From Octopus vulgaris (taxonomy: Eukaryota), in assembly GCA_951406725.2 (NCBI GenBank), contig OX597817.1, positions 44,950,001 through 45,014,000 of the forward strand: a stretch of DNA of 64,000 nt, given 5' to 3'. Made by a program: the position numbers and the translations under genes. The notes under the pieces are model-generated. The model was not told the origin of the DNA, did no database searches, and saw only the letters and a program-made list of their open reading frames with translations. Below, piece by piece: positions 1 to 13,418 of this stretch; position 1 is the stretch's first letter, and each line of letters begins with the position of its first letter.

Positions 1-564
1 GCAGAGTGAAGTGACTTGGTTATAACTTTTGGACAACGAAGCATTTATTTTGATCACGTATTCCTGTCATGACATTGTTTTCATTGATAGTGGAAATTAA
101 AAATTTCCGTATTGCCTTCCACAGAAACCAAATAGTCATTATCCTTGGTCTCTAAGTTAGAATTTTAGCTGAGAAGTATTTGGCTTTGACCACACGAGAT
201 AATGCTATTGTTCTTTTTTTTCCAATGCCATATTTTGTAATATGTAAATTAATGTATTCACGTGTTAAAATTACGTTATTTGTTCCAGCTCTTTAATAAT
301 GTTAATAGTTCTTTCTAATATCGTCACGCGCTAACAGATTTGATGGGAAGCTTTCGTTGATTAATTCAATCCACCGCTGAAATGGCACTTTGTTTCATGA
401 AGCCCAAACATGACTTGAAAAGTTCAGGAAAGTGGGATTGGAACCCAAAATGTAACGAACCATAACAAACAACGCAAGGCAATTTGCAAACGATATTGCT
501 AAAGGTGCTGAAGATCAAGAGGCTTCAACAAATTTCAGAAAGCGAAGAGACGAAATATAAAAAA

Positions 565-963
565 GGCGCAGGAGTGGCTGTGTAAAAAGCAGCTTCCTTA
601 TCAACCACATGGTTCCGGGTTCAGTCCCACTGCGTGGCAACTTAGGTTAGTGTCTTCTACTATAGCCTCGTGCCAACCAAAGCCTTGAGAGTGGATTTGG
701 TAGACGGAAACTGAAAGAGGCCTGTCGTATATATGTATATATATGTATGTGTGTCTGTGTGTTTGTGTGTCTGTGTTTTTTTTCCCCAACATCGCTTGAC
801 AACCGATGCTGGTGTGTTTGCTTCCCCGGACCTTAGCGGTTCGGCAAAAGAGACCAATCGAATAAGTACTAGGCTTACAAAGAATAAGTCCTGGAGTCAA
901 CCTGATCGACTAAAGGCGGTGCTCCAGTATGGCCGCAGTTAAATGACTGAAACAAGTAAAGAG
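565..963 (+). mobile_element. SINE family A (tRNA-like head, internal TA/TG microsatellite, (AAAGAGT)n-type tail)
   Basis: Head GGCGCAGGAGTGGCTGTG...GGTTCCGGGTTCAGTCCC (Pol III A/B-box-like), then an internal (TA)/(TG) tract and the 3' end GGCCGCAGTTAAATGACTGAAACAAGTAAAGAG. The same body recurs more than 10 times in the window. Confidence 0.9.
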
Positions 964-1163
964 TGTTGCATCAAATAAACCAATGACGGTACATCATGAA
1001 ACACAGGTAAGGAATCCCAAAAATATGAAGTGAAAGTAAATTACAAAATTTGATTTACTCGTATGAAATGAAGTAACAAAACATGAAGTATCCAAGCACA
1101 AGAACCCCTAACAATCAACAAAACAGGAGCCAGACAAACAGAAAAAAAGAAAAAGCAATATAT

Positions 1164-1574
1164 TCTTTTACTCTTTTGCTTGTTTCAGTCATTTGACTGC
1201 GGCTATGCTGGAACACCGCCTCAAGTAAAGCAAATCGACCCCAGGACTTATTCTTTGTAAGCCTAGTACTTATTCTATCGGTCTCTTTTGCCGAACCGCT
1301 AAGTTACGGCGACGTAAACACACCAGCATCGGTTGTCAAGCGATGTTGAGGGGACAAACACAGCCACACAAACATATACATACACACACACACATATATA
1401 TATATATATACATATATGCGACAAGCTTCTTTCAGTTTCCATCTACCAAATCCACTCACAAAGCTTTGGTCGACCCGAGGCTATAGTAGAAGACACTTGC
1501 TCACGGTGCCACGTATTAGGACTGAACCCGGAACCATGTGGTTGGTAAACAAGCTACTTACCACACAGCCACTC
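1164..1574 (-). mobile_element. SINE family A
   Basis: Reverse-complement copy of 565-963, tail-to-tail with it. Confidence 0.9.
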
Positions 1575-1599
1575 AAAAATACTGAATTATAAATGCAGA

Positions 1600-2900
1600 A
1601 ATAATGAGTTTGATAATTTAAAAGTAAGTACAATGCAATAACTACGAACAATAGAGATCATTCATATGGACTGTTATAGCAGCCTCATAAGAATAAGAGA
1701 CAAATGTTGTGTAGCAGCAAATCTTTACGGAAAATTTGGTGATAAAGACTTTTAGAACCAACTTCTATAACACTATATAATATAAGAATATTCAGCTACA
1801 GCCAATGTAATTACATGGAAAGTAAGTTTGGTTTAAGATATATTCCAAAAGGAATATCAAAACCAAAGCAAATGATATGGAAATCGAATGTACGAAAATG
1901 GATAGGAAAAAAGAGAAAAATATATATTTCAATACTTATCGAAATCTGTAAAGACACGATACAGTTGAGAAAAGGAAGTGTCAGATAAATAGTTCAGGAA
2001 TGTAGAATAGCAAAGAACAATCTGAAATCAAAGAACACCTGGAACAAGGGTTCATCACTAGATCGCAAATAATGCATAGAAAACAGCAGAGAATGTTGGT
2101 AAAAAATAAACAAATAGTTGACCCCAACCCCAAACCATGTTATCGAGGTAAAGCTAAAAAAATCGATGCAGCACAAACAGAAATAGGAATGGAGGAATTT
2201 AGGGAAGTTTATGAGAGAAACACAATATACACGATTGTGTACAGAATCTGCTGTAAATTATGTAGAGCAAACCAGAAGAGTTTGAACAAAGGTAGTGTTG
2301 ACTAAGTCCTTTACCGTATTTCTCGCGTGAGTGTTGTAGATAAACATCGCAATAGTGATCTAGCACAAGTAAAACTAAATTACATAAAAAATAAGTAAAC
2401 GAGTATACAAAATAGCATGATTCAATTTCATGCAATTGTGCAGATTAAACAAAAGAATATATTATAATACATAACCAATGTTCACTAGGAGAGGAATAAT
2501 CCAAGGGGAAGTATTGTCTCTACGGCATTAATTATCTGGTGCTGATATTTTTCTGCGACATATTAATCAACCCTGTATTCAGATATAAATGCTATGCTAA
2601 GACAAACATGTTGTGCGTATGGAAGCTACAGGTGAACAATATCTAGGAATATTTACGCAGAGAATATATGAATTTGCCAAAACAGAGAAACGGCCCATGT
2701 CAACTTTGGCCATGGAAAATTAAGAACTCTAATACGTTAAATACAGAGAATGAGGTACGAAAACTGCACTAAGCAAAAACATGCAAAAACTTAGGAAAGA
2801 ATGAACTAGGCATGCAAAAAGTAAAACGATAAGAAATTAGTACTATAATTCTATTATCAGAAAATTTCGAACAGATTTAAATGAAATGTGTCAACATTCT
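1600..2900 (+). mobile_element. Highly degraded non-LTR retrotransposon RT region (R4/Dong-like)
   Basis: A-rich coding-like strand. RGIIQGEVLS at about 2490 resembles the RT motif RGIFQGDSLSP. Many stops. Confidence 0.45.
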
Positions 2901-4413
2901 TTCAGTAATGTATTTGGCACAGACAAAGATTTGAGCTGTGAGAAGACCGCATTTATTGATCACCATCTTTTGTCTTTTAGAAATATCTATGGGTTTGTCG
3001 GTTACAACACTTCTTTGTACACCAGCTAGAATCAAGAAACAACGTTAGAGTGGGAGCTGTCCTCGTATGAACCTCCTTACCAACAGGGGAGAATCTCTTA
3101 ATCGGAGAAAAAGAACATACTTCAAAGATCGACAATCAATTTCTTTGTCTCCTCGTGCATCGTATGAAAAAAAGGTGAGATAGTGCACCACTAATGCCAG
3201 TCATTGCCGTCAACCCTTTCAAAGACACTACCTCAGCCTGCTTTCTACTAGTTTCCCGAATCGTGACCATTGTATTTCATCTACTAGTGGAATTTGAACA
3301 CAAAACATAGAAAAGTGCGGAAGAAATACCGCAAGGTATTTTGTCCAGCATTCAAATGATTCTGCCAATCCACGCGGTCATAATTACATATGGGTATGGA
3401 GATGTGCAGTTCGTTACCTGCTCCAAATGTGAAATAAAAATCATGGCAGTGAATTAATTGAATCGTTGTCATATGCTACTCAACGTCCGTTACAAATGCC
3501 CCCACATCATACATGTTGTCGCGTGATCGATACTGCAAACGAATGCCCATATATATATCTTTCATCAAAAAGCTTTCAACCACCTAGAAAATGCTAAATG
3601 AGCTGCGTCGAGCCTATTGGTGCATGAGGCCGAAACTTATAATTTTTAAAGCTTTTGGGAGACTAAAAGTACTTCACTCTCCTCTTTGATCGAAACGATA
3701 GTCCATCGCAGTGTTAACCGCAGATGCCGCTCGTACTCGTTTTCAACTGCAGGGACCAGAGCACAACCTGCAATACCATCCAGAAATCAAATTCAACCCC
3801 GCACTAACTATCGTAAATACAAGACTCACTAGGCAACCCTCCTTCATTGAGCATTACTAAAATACATTTGCTGATGAAATTAGAAACCGAAGTTTGAATT
3901 AATGTCAACAGTATATTTGAATAATACCCGACAAAGAAATTAATTTGGTGCTAGTAATGTTTATGGTGGTGTTAGAAATGAGTATGATAATAGTATTTAT
4001 GTTACCTCTCAGCTTAATATCATTGTTATTAACGAAGTATCTACTACTACCGGAAATTTAAATAGTCAGCAATATCGTATTTCATTTGTGCTAAATATTC
4101 CTGCACCTGCTTATACATCTGCTAAATTGGTCATATTCTGTAGGAATGAACGAGAAGATGACGACACATGTATAAAAAGATCTACCGAAGAGGCTAAAGT
4201 GAATTCTATGTATAAATTGCTATATTCTAGTAAAATACATCTTAAAGAACAATGTACATTAAGACGCTATTACAATGAACGGAGATAAATAATAGACCAA
4301 CGACACTTTCAATAGCAAATGATAAAATTCAGTTAACTATCTCCTATACACTTGCATTCTCACAACAATAGGTTATTTGCTGCATCATTATAAAACGTTT
4401 AGGCAATATATGC

Positions 4414-4506
4414 ACACACACACACACACACATACACACATATATATATATATATACATATACATACACACACGTACACACACGCACACACACGCACACA
4501 CACACA

Positions 4507-4590
<84 letters not shown>
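4414..4590. repeat. Compound (CA)n/(TA)n microsatellite
   Basis: Directly visible. Confidence 0.95.
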
Positions 4591-4598
<8 letters not shown>

Positions 4599-4810
4599 AT
4601 AATATGCGATGTCTTTGGTATCCAGAAAACCCAAAAGGTAAGTAAGGCTATGTGAGTGCTACGGAAGGACAGCTGTTAGATTCGCAGTTGAATAATAATA
4701 TGAGTGAGGAGTTTATTGCGGGTTACGTGTGAGCATGCATATGTTAAATTAAATGATATAATAAAGCCAAGGCAGTGTGATATTTCTATGACATTTATAA
4801 CGATAAAGGT

Positions 4811-4859
4811 AGTCTTACAGCTGTTTCAGGGATATGAATGACATCCCATCATCAGAGGC
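4811..4859 (-). ncRNA. Minimal type-I hammerhead ribozyme motif (Penelope-like pLTR type)
   Basis: The minus strand reads GCCT-CTGATGA-TGGGATGT-CATTC-ATATCCCT-GAAAC-AGCT-GTA-AGAC. It has intact CUGAUGA and GAAA cores, a 7-bp helix II, a palindromic helix III (ACAGCTGT), a GUA cleavage triplet and 3 of 4 pairs in helix I. Confidence 0.7.
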
Positions 4860-4984
4860 GATATGAGAGAATTTCAATAGAAGGAAATAGTAGAGTGCAC
4901 TCTATAAAAAGTTATTTTGAAAGAGAGAGATACAGGAAGTATAAAGGGAAATACGAGAATAAAATTATATGCTGGATGTTACAG

Positions 4985-5780
4985 TTGCTGTTCCATTATC
5001 CAAGGAATATGCTGCGTAGAATGGGTAAAGAGGCTTCCTGTCCGTGGTATGTGAATACAGTGTGTTGAGGATTATCATCACTGATATAGTCCAGATCAGC
5101 CATATCAGGTTGATAAAAACGGAGCAGTACTGTTTCTGCGGTTTCTCACTCATGGTTTCAGTTTTACCTAGGAGATTGCCATTTTCAATTTGAGGGCCAA
5201 CATTAGAGAGAGTGACCTTGTGTTTTCCGTAAAAGAGAACACTTTTGGGGTTGAGTTTGATTTTCTCAAAGATCCATTTCTCCTCAGCTATTCTTTGGTT
5301 ATTGATGATAGACTTCATGCCTTGTTGGGGGTTTATATTTTTTTTATTCGAGCAAGGTGATGGCCGTCGAAATTATGCGTGACTTTTGGCAGTATTTTAG
5401 TTTATTAATTTTTTTTCTAATAATCGTTTTTCTGTTTGGGGGAATTGACAGTATCTACAAAGATCTGCCAAGATATTTTGATGCTGGTGGAGGTGTGTGC
5501 ATGTGTGAAAGACCAGATCATGTGATAGATCGTTTATGATTGCGTCCCAGTCGGCATCATAGACATTTGATACCAGGAATATCAGTTGAAGAGAGATCAC
5601 TAAGCTTAGCTGTCGGCCGGTGGAATCTCAGTTTACAGAGAACCATGTCATGGTCTGAAAGAAGGGGTTTTTCCACTGCAATATTGTGTATTGTGTTAGT
5701 GTTGTTACTAAGCACAGTGTCTAAAATGTTCTGATATCTTGTTGGTGCAAGGTCAAGTTGGGACAAGAAAAACTCATTCT
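4985..5780 (-). mobile_element. Degraded CR1/L2-group LINE ORF2 fragment (APE C-terminus and linker)
   Basis: Minus-strand frames give NILDTVL..SDHDMV (APE end motif), ADWDAI and IKLNPKSVLFY..NVGPQ..QYCSVF, all typical of CR1-type ORF2. Confidence 0.65.
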
Positions 5781-7345
5781 AACTACTGAGCTAAGCGCCT
5801 TCACAAGTTTAAAGTGCAAACACATATTACTGTGCTCATAAATATATTAATTTACAGATAAACCTATGTATGACACTTAAATGTAGCGCAAACATAAACA
5901 AAAACAATTCTACGTCAATTTACGAGACTGAAAACAACCCCACAAACCTAGAGACATATAAATCGCCTGCACACCGTATACAAAACGTATTAGTAATAAA
6001 ACCTCAGGCAATTTAATTGGCAACTGAGATAGAAAAAAACAAAACCTAACCAAATACAAACCATTCTCAGACGAAGAGGAATTATGCTTGAAATGCTGAT
6101 ATTGTTGAGAAGACAACTTACTGATTAAGAAAGGCTTAAACACAGACTGCTAAAAGAGAAAGAGGAGGGTCAGTATTATATACTCTAACTATACGGAAAC
6201 ATTTAACTGGTCCAATCCCTAGAGGAAGTGGAATGTTCACTGAAAGCTTCTTCACTTTTCTCCTTTCCTGGCGAGAGCAAATAGAGTTAAACTAATATAC
6301 TAGGCAAGCCGAATGTTAAATCCACTCTTCGTATATGGTCCACCTCCCATTCCATACTATAAATAAAATCAACTGCCGACGCTGCTACATATAGTACGCA
6401 GATTCAATAGATTATGAAGATGGATGTATTTTTAGAAGCAAGAAAAGTAATTAAAAAAAAACCCTAACTGATCCGTTTGCTAAACAATGGAAGATCAGAA
6501 AATTATAACAAACCGAGATTAGCAAATGTCTTGGTATTAATAATATATAGAGATGAAAGAAAAAAGAATCATTAGACTAAAAGTTAAATCAGACCTAAAT
6601 AGCAAAAGGAAAGCAATAATATTTGGATATTTTAGACAATTTAGTAATCATTTTATTTCGTTTTTGGATTTGGTTTCCAAGATTATTTATATGAGTTCGT
6701 GTGTCTATTCTGTTGTGTCTGGGGAGAGTCATTTTCTGTTTGCGCCTTATAACGTAACACATTCACAGGTGAAATTTCCACTTATTTCTTATTTTTATTT
6801 TCCTAAAATTTTCGTTGCATCTTGCAAACTTTTCATGAGACTTGACTCTGTCCGTTATTAAACTGCGTTCCTTTTTTTTTGTTTGTGCGCATGTGTGTGT
6901 AGGTCAGTGTGTGGATGTCCGTGTGTGTGAGTGTGTGGCTATGCATGCATGCACGTATGTATGCGTGTATGTATGTATATATATATATATGTGTGTATGC
7001 ATATGTATATATGTATGTATTTGTGTGCATCTGTATGTATGTATCCTGCATATTCATGTGCTTGAATGTCCGTGTTTTTGTATTTTCTATGTATGTGTAT
7101 GTGTGAGCGTGTGTTTTGTCATAATATTTTCAAATGGAAACAAATTGTATAAGCAAGATTACAAAAGAAAACAAGAAAATCAAAAACTACATTTAAAATT
7201 TAACAAATGGAATCCGCCAAAGAAAGATTATATTACACACACGTGGAAAGATATAAGGGACTTTTGAAAGTACAAAATTATTGTGAACTATCATCTAGTA
7301 TGATAATATAAAACAACCCGTAGTTTATAAGGTAAAACTAATATA

Positions 7346-7768
7346 TATTTCTTTAATACCCACAAGGTGCTAAACATAGAGGAGACAAACAAGAACAGAC
7401 AAAGGGATTAAGTCGATTACATCAACCCAGTGCGAAACTGGTACTTAATTTATCGACCCCAAGAGGATGAAATGCAAAGTCGACCTCGGCGGAATTTGAA
7501 CTCAGAACTCAGAAGGTAGCGGCAGACGAAATACCTATTTCTTTACTACCCACAAGGAGCTAAACACAGAGAGGGCAAACAAGGACAGACAAACGGATTA
7601 AGTCGAATATATCGACCCCTGTGCGTAATTGGTACTTATTTAATTGACCCCGAAAGGATGAACGGCAAAGTCGACCTCGGCGGAATTTGAACTCAGAACG
7701 TAACGGCAGACGAAATACCGCTAAGCATTTCACCCGACGCGCTAAGGTTTCTGCCAGCTCGCCGCCTC
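7346..7768 (-). mobile_element. SINE family B (Meta-domain-like core), internally duplicated, with 21-bp TSD
   Basis: Head GGCGGCGAGCTGGCAGAA on the minus strand, core like TTTGCC.TTCATCCTTTCGGGGTC.AT.AA.TAAGTACCA. The 3' two-thirds occurs twice. TSD TTATAAGGTAAAACTAATATA at 7325-7345 and 7769-7789. Confidence 0.9.
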
Positions 7769-7799
7769 TTATAAGGTAAAACTAATATAAATAACTACA

Positions 7800-8610
7800 A
7801 AATATGAACAAAAATTGAAAAAAGATTTGCTGCAGAATTTCATGCAAGAGATAAGTATGAAAGGCCTGAAATCAAAATGAGTGTTACATAATGTCTTGGA
7901 AATATTTTACCGCTCAAGAACACAAAGTTGCCAATATATATAAAAAGACTAAGAAAAGAGGTTGTAAATCGGAAAATATGTTCTGTGAAGGGAATGATAA
8001 CTAAGGTCGAATGATCTTTTATTGAGGAACAAGATCGGAAGATCCCTACTGGAAAATAACAATAAATTTAATGAAGCAGAAAACAGAACATTTCATCAGA
8101 ACATATGGATGCTCTGAATAAACGATCGATCCAATTGTTTCTGACCTTCGCTTTATAAAGTAGAATCAATGTTTTGGCAGATGTAGAGATTTCAAGTATT
8201 AGAAATTATGTTAGCGTTTTAAAATCATAGAAAAAGATGGTTGTAATATACATTGCAGATATTAGCACAGAATAAAACAGTAACCACACTGCGAAAATAT
8301 TCGTAGATATGAAGATGAAAGTAAATCGTTCAGGCGGAATCGTTCAGGTGTATCAATTCTCATACATGAACATGTATCTCTAAATTAAATGGAAAGGCGA
8401 TCAAAGTATGAAGATAAGGAAACAGAGAAAACAAAATTGCAGCGAAAAGAAACAAGCAATCTCTAAGATAATAGGCGCTTCAGGAACATCTTAGAAAACA
8501 TTCAGGTAAATACAAAAACAAGTAGGAACACCTGATTTTTAGAGACACAACATTAGAAAAATTGTACTACTTGACACCATACATATATTGCAATATGTAG
8601 GTTACATAAA
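7800..8610 (+). mobile_element. Degraded R4/Dong-like LINE 3' region (REL endonuclease)
   Basis: IGASGT (about 8470) and KIVLLDTIHIL (about 8560) match the IGALG...QK..LLGTAHIL end of REL-type ORFs. Confidence 0.5.
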
Positions 8611-8757
8611 ATAGGATCACTTTAACAAAAAAACAAGGAATTATGACTGTAGAATATTACAGTGGAGAGAAATTACTAAGATGGACCCATGTCGATAAGG
8701 GTCGCTTCAGAAAGTGAATCAGTACTCTCCTTCATTTCCAACAATGTTATTCCTTGT

Positions 8758-9026
8758 GAAAGACGCCCGTCGTATATATTTATATATATATACATGTATG
8801 TATGTGTATGTGTTTGTGTGTCTGTGTTTGTCCCCCCAACATCGCTTGACAACCGATGCTGGTGGGTTTACGTCCCTGTAACTTAGCGGTTCTGCAAAAG
8901 AGACCGATAGAATAAGTACTAGACTTACAAAGAATAAGTCCTGGGGTCGAGTTGCTCGACTAAAGGCGGTGCTCCAGTATGGCCGCATTCAAATGAGTGA
9001 AACAAGTAAAAGAGATAAAAGAGAAA
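8758..9026 (+). mobile_element. SINE family A, 5'-truncated
   Basis: 3' half of family A. Confidence 0.85.
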
Positions 9027-9052
9027 TAAGATATATATATGTATATATAATG

Positions 9053-9130
<78 letters not shown>

Positions 9131-9544
9131 GGATTCCCCTCGTCGTGAACGGCAAATAAATTTTCAGTAAAATAAAACGCTAATGATATTGTATGAACGA
9201 GAATGAATTACTTGTGGCCTGCTGGTGCCTTGCAAGCATTTTGGCAAATGGAAGAATTTGAGAACTCAATTTGCTCGAGTGCTTGTGAATTATTTGCTGT
9301 ATGTTTTCTTGAATGGGCAGCAATGCCTGCTTTTTTTAATGCCAGAAAACCACAATGGCATGTGGTTCGTAAGCAAGCTACTTACCACTTTCCACTTAGC
9401 GTTTTGCCAGCGTACCTTCATGCTTACACAAAATTGGACCCGATATATATACATACATATATAGTTGGCGTAAATCTAATAGCAAATCCATTACTTCTGT
9501 TTCGTTTATCATAATATCATGCTTGATCTTTCTTTTTCTTTTTC

Positions 9545-9768
9545 TTTTATTTGTTTATTTGTTTATTTGTTTCAATTATTTCACTGCGGCCATGCTGGAG
9601 CACCGCCTTTAGTCGAGCAAATAGACCCCAGGACTTATTCTTTGTAAGCCTAGTACTTATTCTATCGCTCTCTTTTGCCGAACCGCTAAGTTATGGGAAC
9701 GTAAACACACCAACAGCGGTCGTTGGCGGACAAACACAGACACACAAACATATACATACACACAAATA

Positions 9769-9822
<54 letters not shown>

Positions 9823-9986
9823 CGACAGTCTTCTTTCAGCTTTCGTCTACCAAATCCACTCACAAGGCTTTGGTCAGCCCGAGGCTATAGTATAAGTTAC
9901 TTGCCCGAGGTGCCACGCAGTGGGACTGAACCCGGAACCATGTGGTTCGTAAGCAAGCTACTTACCACACAGCCACTCCTACGCCT
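9545..9986 (-). mobile_element. SINE family A
   Basis: Full-length reverse copy with a (CA)n/(TA)n core. Confidence 0.9.
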
Positions 9987-10707
9987 AATGAAATCATTTT
10001 GTGAATTTAAAGTCAATCGAATGTTCGTCATATTTAGCTGTATGGGGTAAAAGGAAAGAACACGCGGATTTCGTACTTTCCTTTTAATACATAAGAAACA
10101 CCTTTCGCTGTTTGCTGTTTGAGGAATTAATGTAACACTTGCTTTATATGAATTTTGTAAGAAATATTTCCTTTATGTATCTCTATTTCTAAACAACTTT
10201 CAAAATATGTACCACAATGAAAAATTATATTACCAAAACGTTCGTTTCAGCATCGCTATAATGTTTTAATTCAAAATATTAGCATATAGATAAAATTGTT
10301 TCTAATATAATATTTATAAATTTGCTATTTCAATTTGAGAGCTAAATTCTAGTTTTAAATATTCTTTATTCATCTGAGTATATTTGTACTGCATTTTAAG
10401 TTTTTCTTTAAAATTCATTGTTTTTCTTAATGCGAAAACATACGAAGGGTATTATTTACGATTTTTTTTTCCGTGAGAATAAGACATTTTTATTGTTACA
10501 ATTTAAATTTTAATCTTTTATTAATTTCAAGTTAGAAGCAATGAAAAGTTTACTTATTTAAAAAAATCAGAAAAACGGGTTTGCTTAAGGTTTATTTTCA
10601 ATATTAAGAAGATGCAAAGCAAAGGAGTTTTGATTTTTCTGGTCCTTACTTTATAAATAATTTGTGAGTGATGTTTCCACATCCGTTACGTTGTGCGAGT
10701 GTACGTA

Positions 10708-10765
<58 letters not shown>

Positions 10766-11036
10766 TATAAACATATACACGCACTCATACACACACAGTC
10801 ATATATATAAACACATACACATACACACACATATATAATATAATTTTATTAAGCATTGGACTTTTCATGTGGAATATTACGAAGTTTGCTAAAATATATT
10901 AATTTCATTACAATATAGTTATTTATGGTATTTGCCTTTTGATAATAACCCATTTTATACGTAATTTATGTTCTCATTTTCGTAAAGTAGAAATGTGATA
11001 ACACCGAGCTTCTACCTCTTTGTAAGGTAATAATGA

Positions 11037-11237
11037 TTATAAATTTGGCGTAGGTGTATAGCTCTGCTTAACATTATTGGAATGAATTCCGAGAGAGCAC
11101 CACTTAAGTTGAAGTAGGCCTTCACAGTTCTTTGTAGTTGGACAAATATAAGGTGGAGAGCCCATAATTCGTAGGAGACTTTGTTTCACTGTGTCAAAGG
11201 CTTCCAGTACTTCTATGAATCTTTGGTAGTTCCTCAT
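11037..11237 (-). mobile_element. RTE-like LINE RT remnant
   Basis: FIEVLEAFDTV and NNVKQS..P resemble the RT motifs FIDLEKAFDTV and GVKQGC..P. Confidence 0.5.
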
Positions 11238-11269
11238 ATTTTCACATTTACTGCGAAGGTCTGATATAA

Positions 11270-11640
11270 ACGATTATAACTTCTGTGCCTCTACCAGATT
11301 TAATTCTTCATTGAGAATCTAGGACAAATCTGAAGCGTAAGTAACTAATCCGGCAGATTCAAGAAATCTCTGGAAAAATATATTCCCAATTATGTTATGA
11401 ATAAATCATGAGTAAAGAAAATATGATGAAAGTTACTCCTGTTTGATATAGAAGCTTTTCGACTTAGTCATATTACTCATTTCTACAATAATATGCTCCT
11501 GTTTTACATCTTGTACAGAATTCTCATCTATAACAGAATGCAAAGACAAAATACCCTGCACTCTACTTCAATATACTTCTGTATCATTGATAAATATAGA
11601 TCTATCTCTGGAAAAGAGCGAAGCAAAGTATTTTCGGATG
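11270..11640 (+). mobile_element. Possible Penelope-like RT remnant
   Basis: Decayed NPA.S and LLFDIEAF stretches resemble the Penelope RT motifs RLINPAKS and FDIE.FYPS. Weak. Confidence 0.25.
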
Positions 11641-11658
11641 CTTACCATACTATGTCTT

Positions 11659-11781
<123 letters not shown>

Positions 11782-12639
11782 TACATGCACACACACATAC
11801 ACACACACAAACACACACACATATATATATATGACTATATATATATGTGCATGGACATTTCGAAATATACGTGTGTTGTTCATGCGCACAGTTCATTTAC
11901 AAATATTAATGACGGAAACTATAGGCTATTATAGATATTTCGATATAAATCTTCGAATATAATTCCAGCTTTATTCTTTAATAGTTTTCTGCGATTGAAC
12001 TGCGACCGTTGCTGGTTCAGCGCGTTCAATAAATATTAGCTGATTACAAAAACTCCGGTAATCATTTCAATCTATTATGTATTTTATCGAATTCCGTTTG
12101 TCTACAAATGTTCTGGACGTACGAAGACAAAATTCCTAATGATTTAATCGGGTAGAGTTCCATGCATGCGCATACATGCCTACACACTCATATGATTCTA
12201 TTGCACACATCGTCAATTCATTTCATTATGCATATATATAATAGATTGATACATGCGTGTGTGTTTGTGCGTGTGTGTGTGAAGTATAAAAGATTCTAAT
12301 AATACAAAACGTAACGATTTCTCTGGAACTCAGTATGATGAATAAACATTCCGAAATATGCATTTGAAAAGGCAATTCATACTATATGCAGGTAATCCTA
12401 ACTTAGGTTAATTGGTCGCAATTTCCATAGAATACAGATCAAGATTTCCTAATATAAGAAAGAAAATCTTATTCAAATTTCGAAATGGAATGATACGTAC
12501 ATACATGCATAAATACAGATAAACAGACAGAGAGACATATACACACGTACACGCAGACACAAAAATATATGGATATGTGTACATATATGCATACACATAT
12601 TTATAGCTGTGTTTTTGTGTATTTATACATACATGTATG

Positions 12640-12924
12640 CAGTGGCGGACTGGCCAGCTTTCCAGCTTGTCCGATGGCATGCAGACTCCTGTGTCATCAG
12701 AATCCATATATTAGGACTCATGTTATTGTCTAAGGGGACTATCTCCTCAGGTTTGAGAATATTTTATTCACTCCAGGAAGAATGCATTATTTCAGCCTGG
12801 CTGTATTTGTAGACAATTGAAAAGAATAATTTTAACTAAAAAGAAAAATAAACTAAATGATAGTATTGTAGTGAGTCTCCTTAGTCTCCCGGCAACCAAT
12901 ATTTTTAGACCCTGTCCGCCACTG
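12640..12924. mobile_element. hAT-type MITE with 8-bp TSD
   Basis: TIR CAGTGGCGGAC(T/A)GG at both ends. TSD CATGTATG at 12632-12639 and 12925-12932. No ORF. Confidence 0.85.
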
Positions 12925-13418
12925 CATGTATGTATCTATTTAAAACTCAATAAGAACACAGTAAAGGAAAACGCGATAAGGTTATTATTTAACGCCTAGT
13001 AAAAGGCAATGCATTTCGGACTGAGGCCCTTCGTAAGAGATCGAAGAGAAATACGAAGAAAAGTTTGTAAAGTCACACCACACACAGGCACGCACACACA
13101 CTTCACGCACGCACACATACACATACACACACATACACACACACACACATCAGAATGCCAGAGATTTACCTCTTGTCTAAGTCAAGGTTATTTTTGGAAA
13201 ACGAGCCTTGAAACAAGCGGGACCAGCAAAATTCAACAATATGGAATATATTTTCTGAAATTATAAGTGTCGTGTTTGAAACAAAATAATTCAGTTGTAT
13301 TACTCACATATTGATACTAGGAATCAAAATATCTCTTTTAAGGAAAATCTGCTTTATAATGATGTCAGGTAAATAGTCAGTTTGTTGTTTACGTCACAGT
13401 TATAAGCTATTTTTAACC

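Noticed and set aside
601-900. Recurrent peptide family (GLILCKPSTYSIGLFCRTAK..., YQIHSQGFG...)
   Set aside because: These are conceptual translations of SINE family A, not a gene family.
2981-3174. Exon-like segment with good acceptor and donor
   Set aside because: Stops in all three frames; a non-coding exon cannot be supported from sequence alone.
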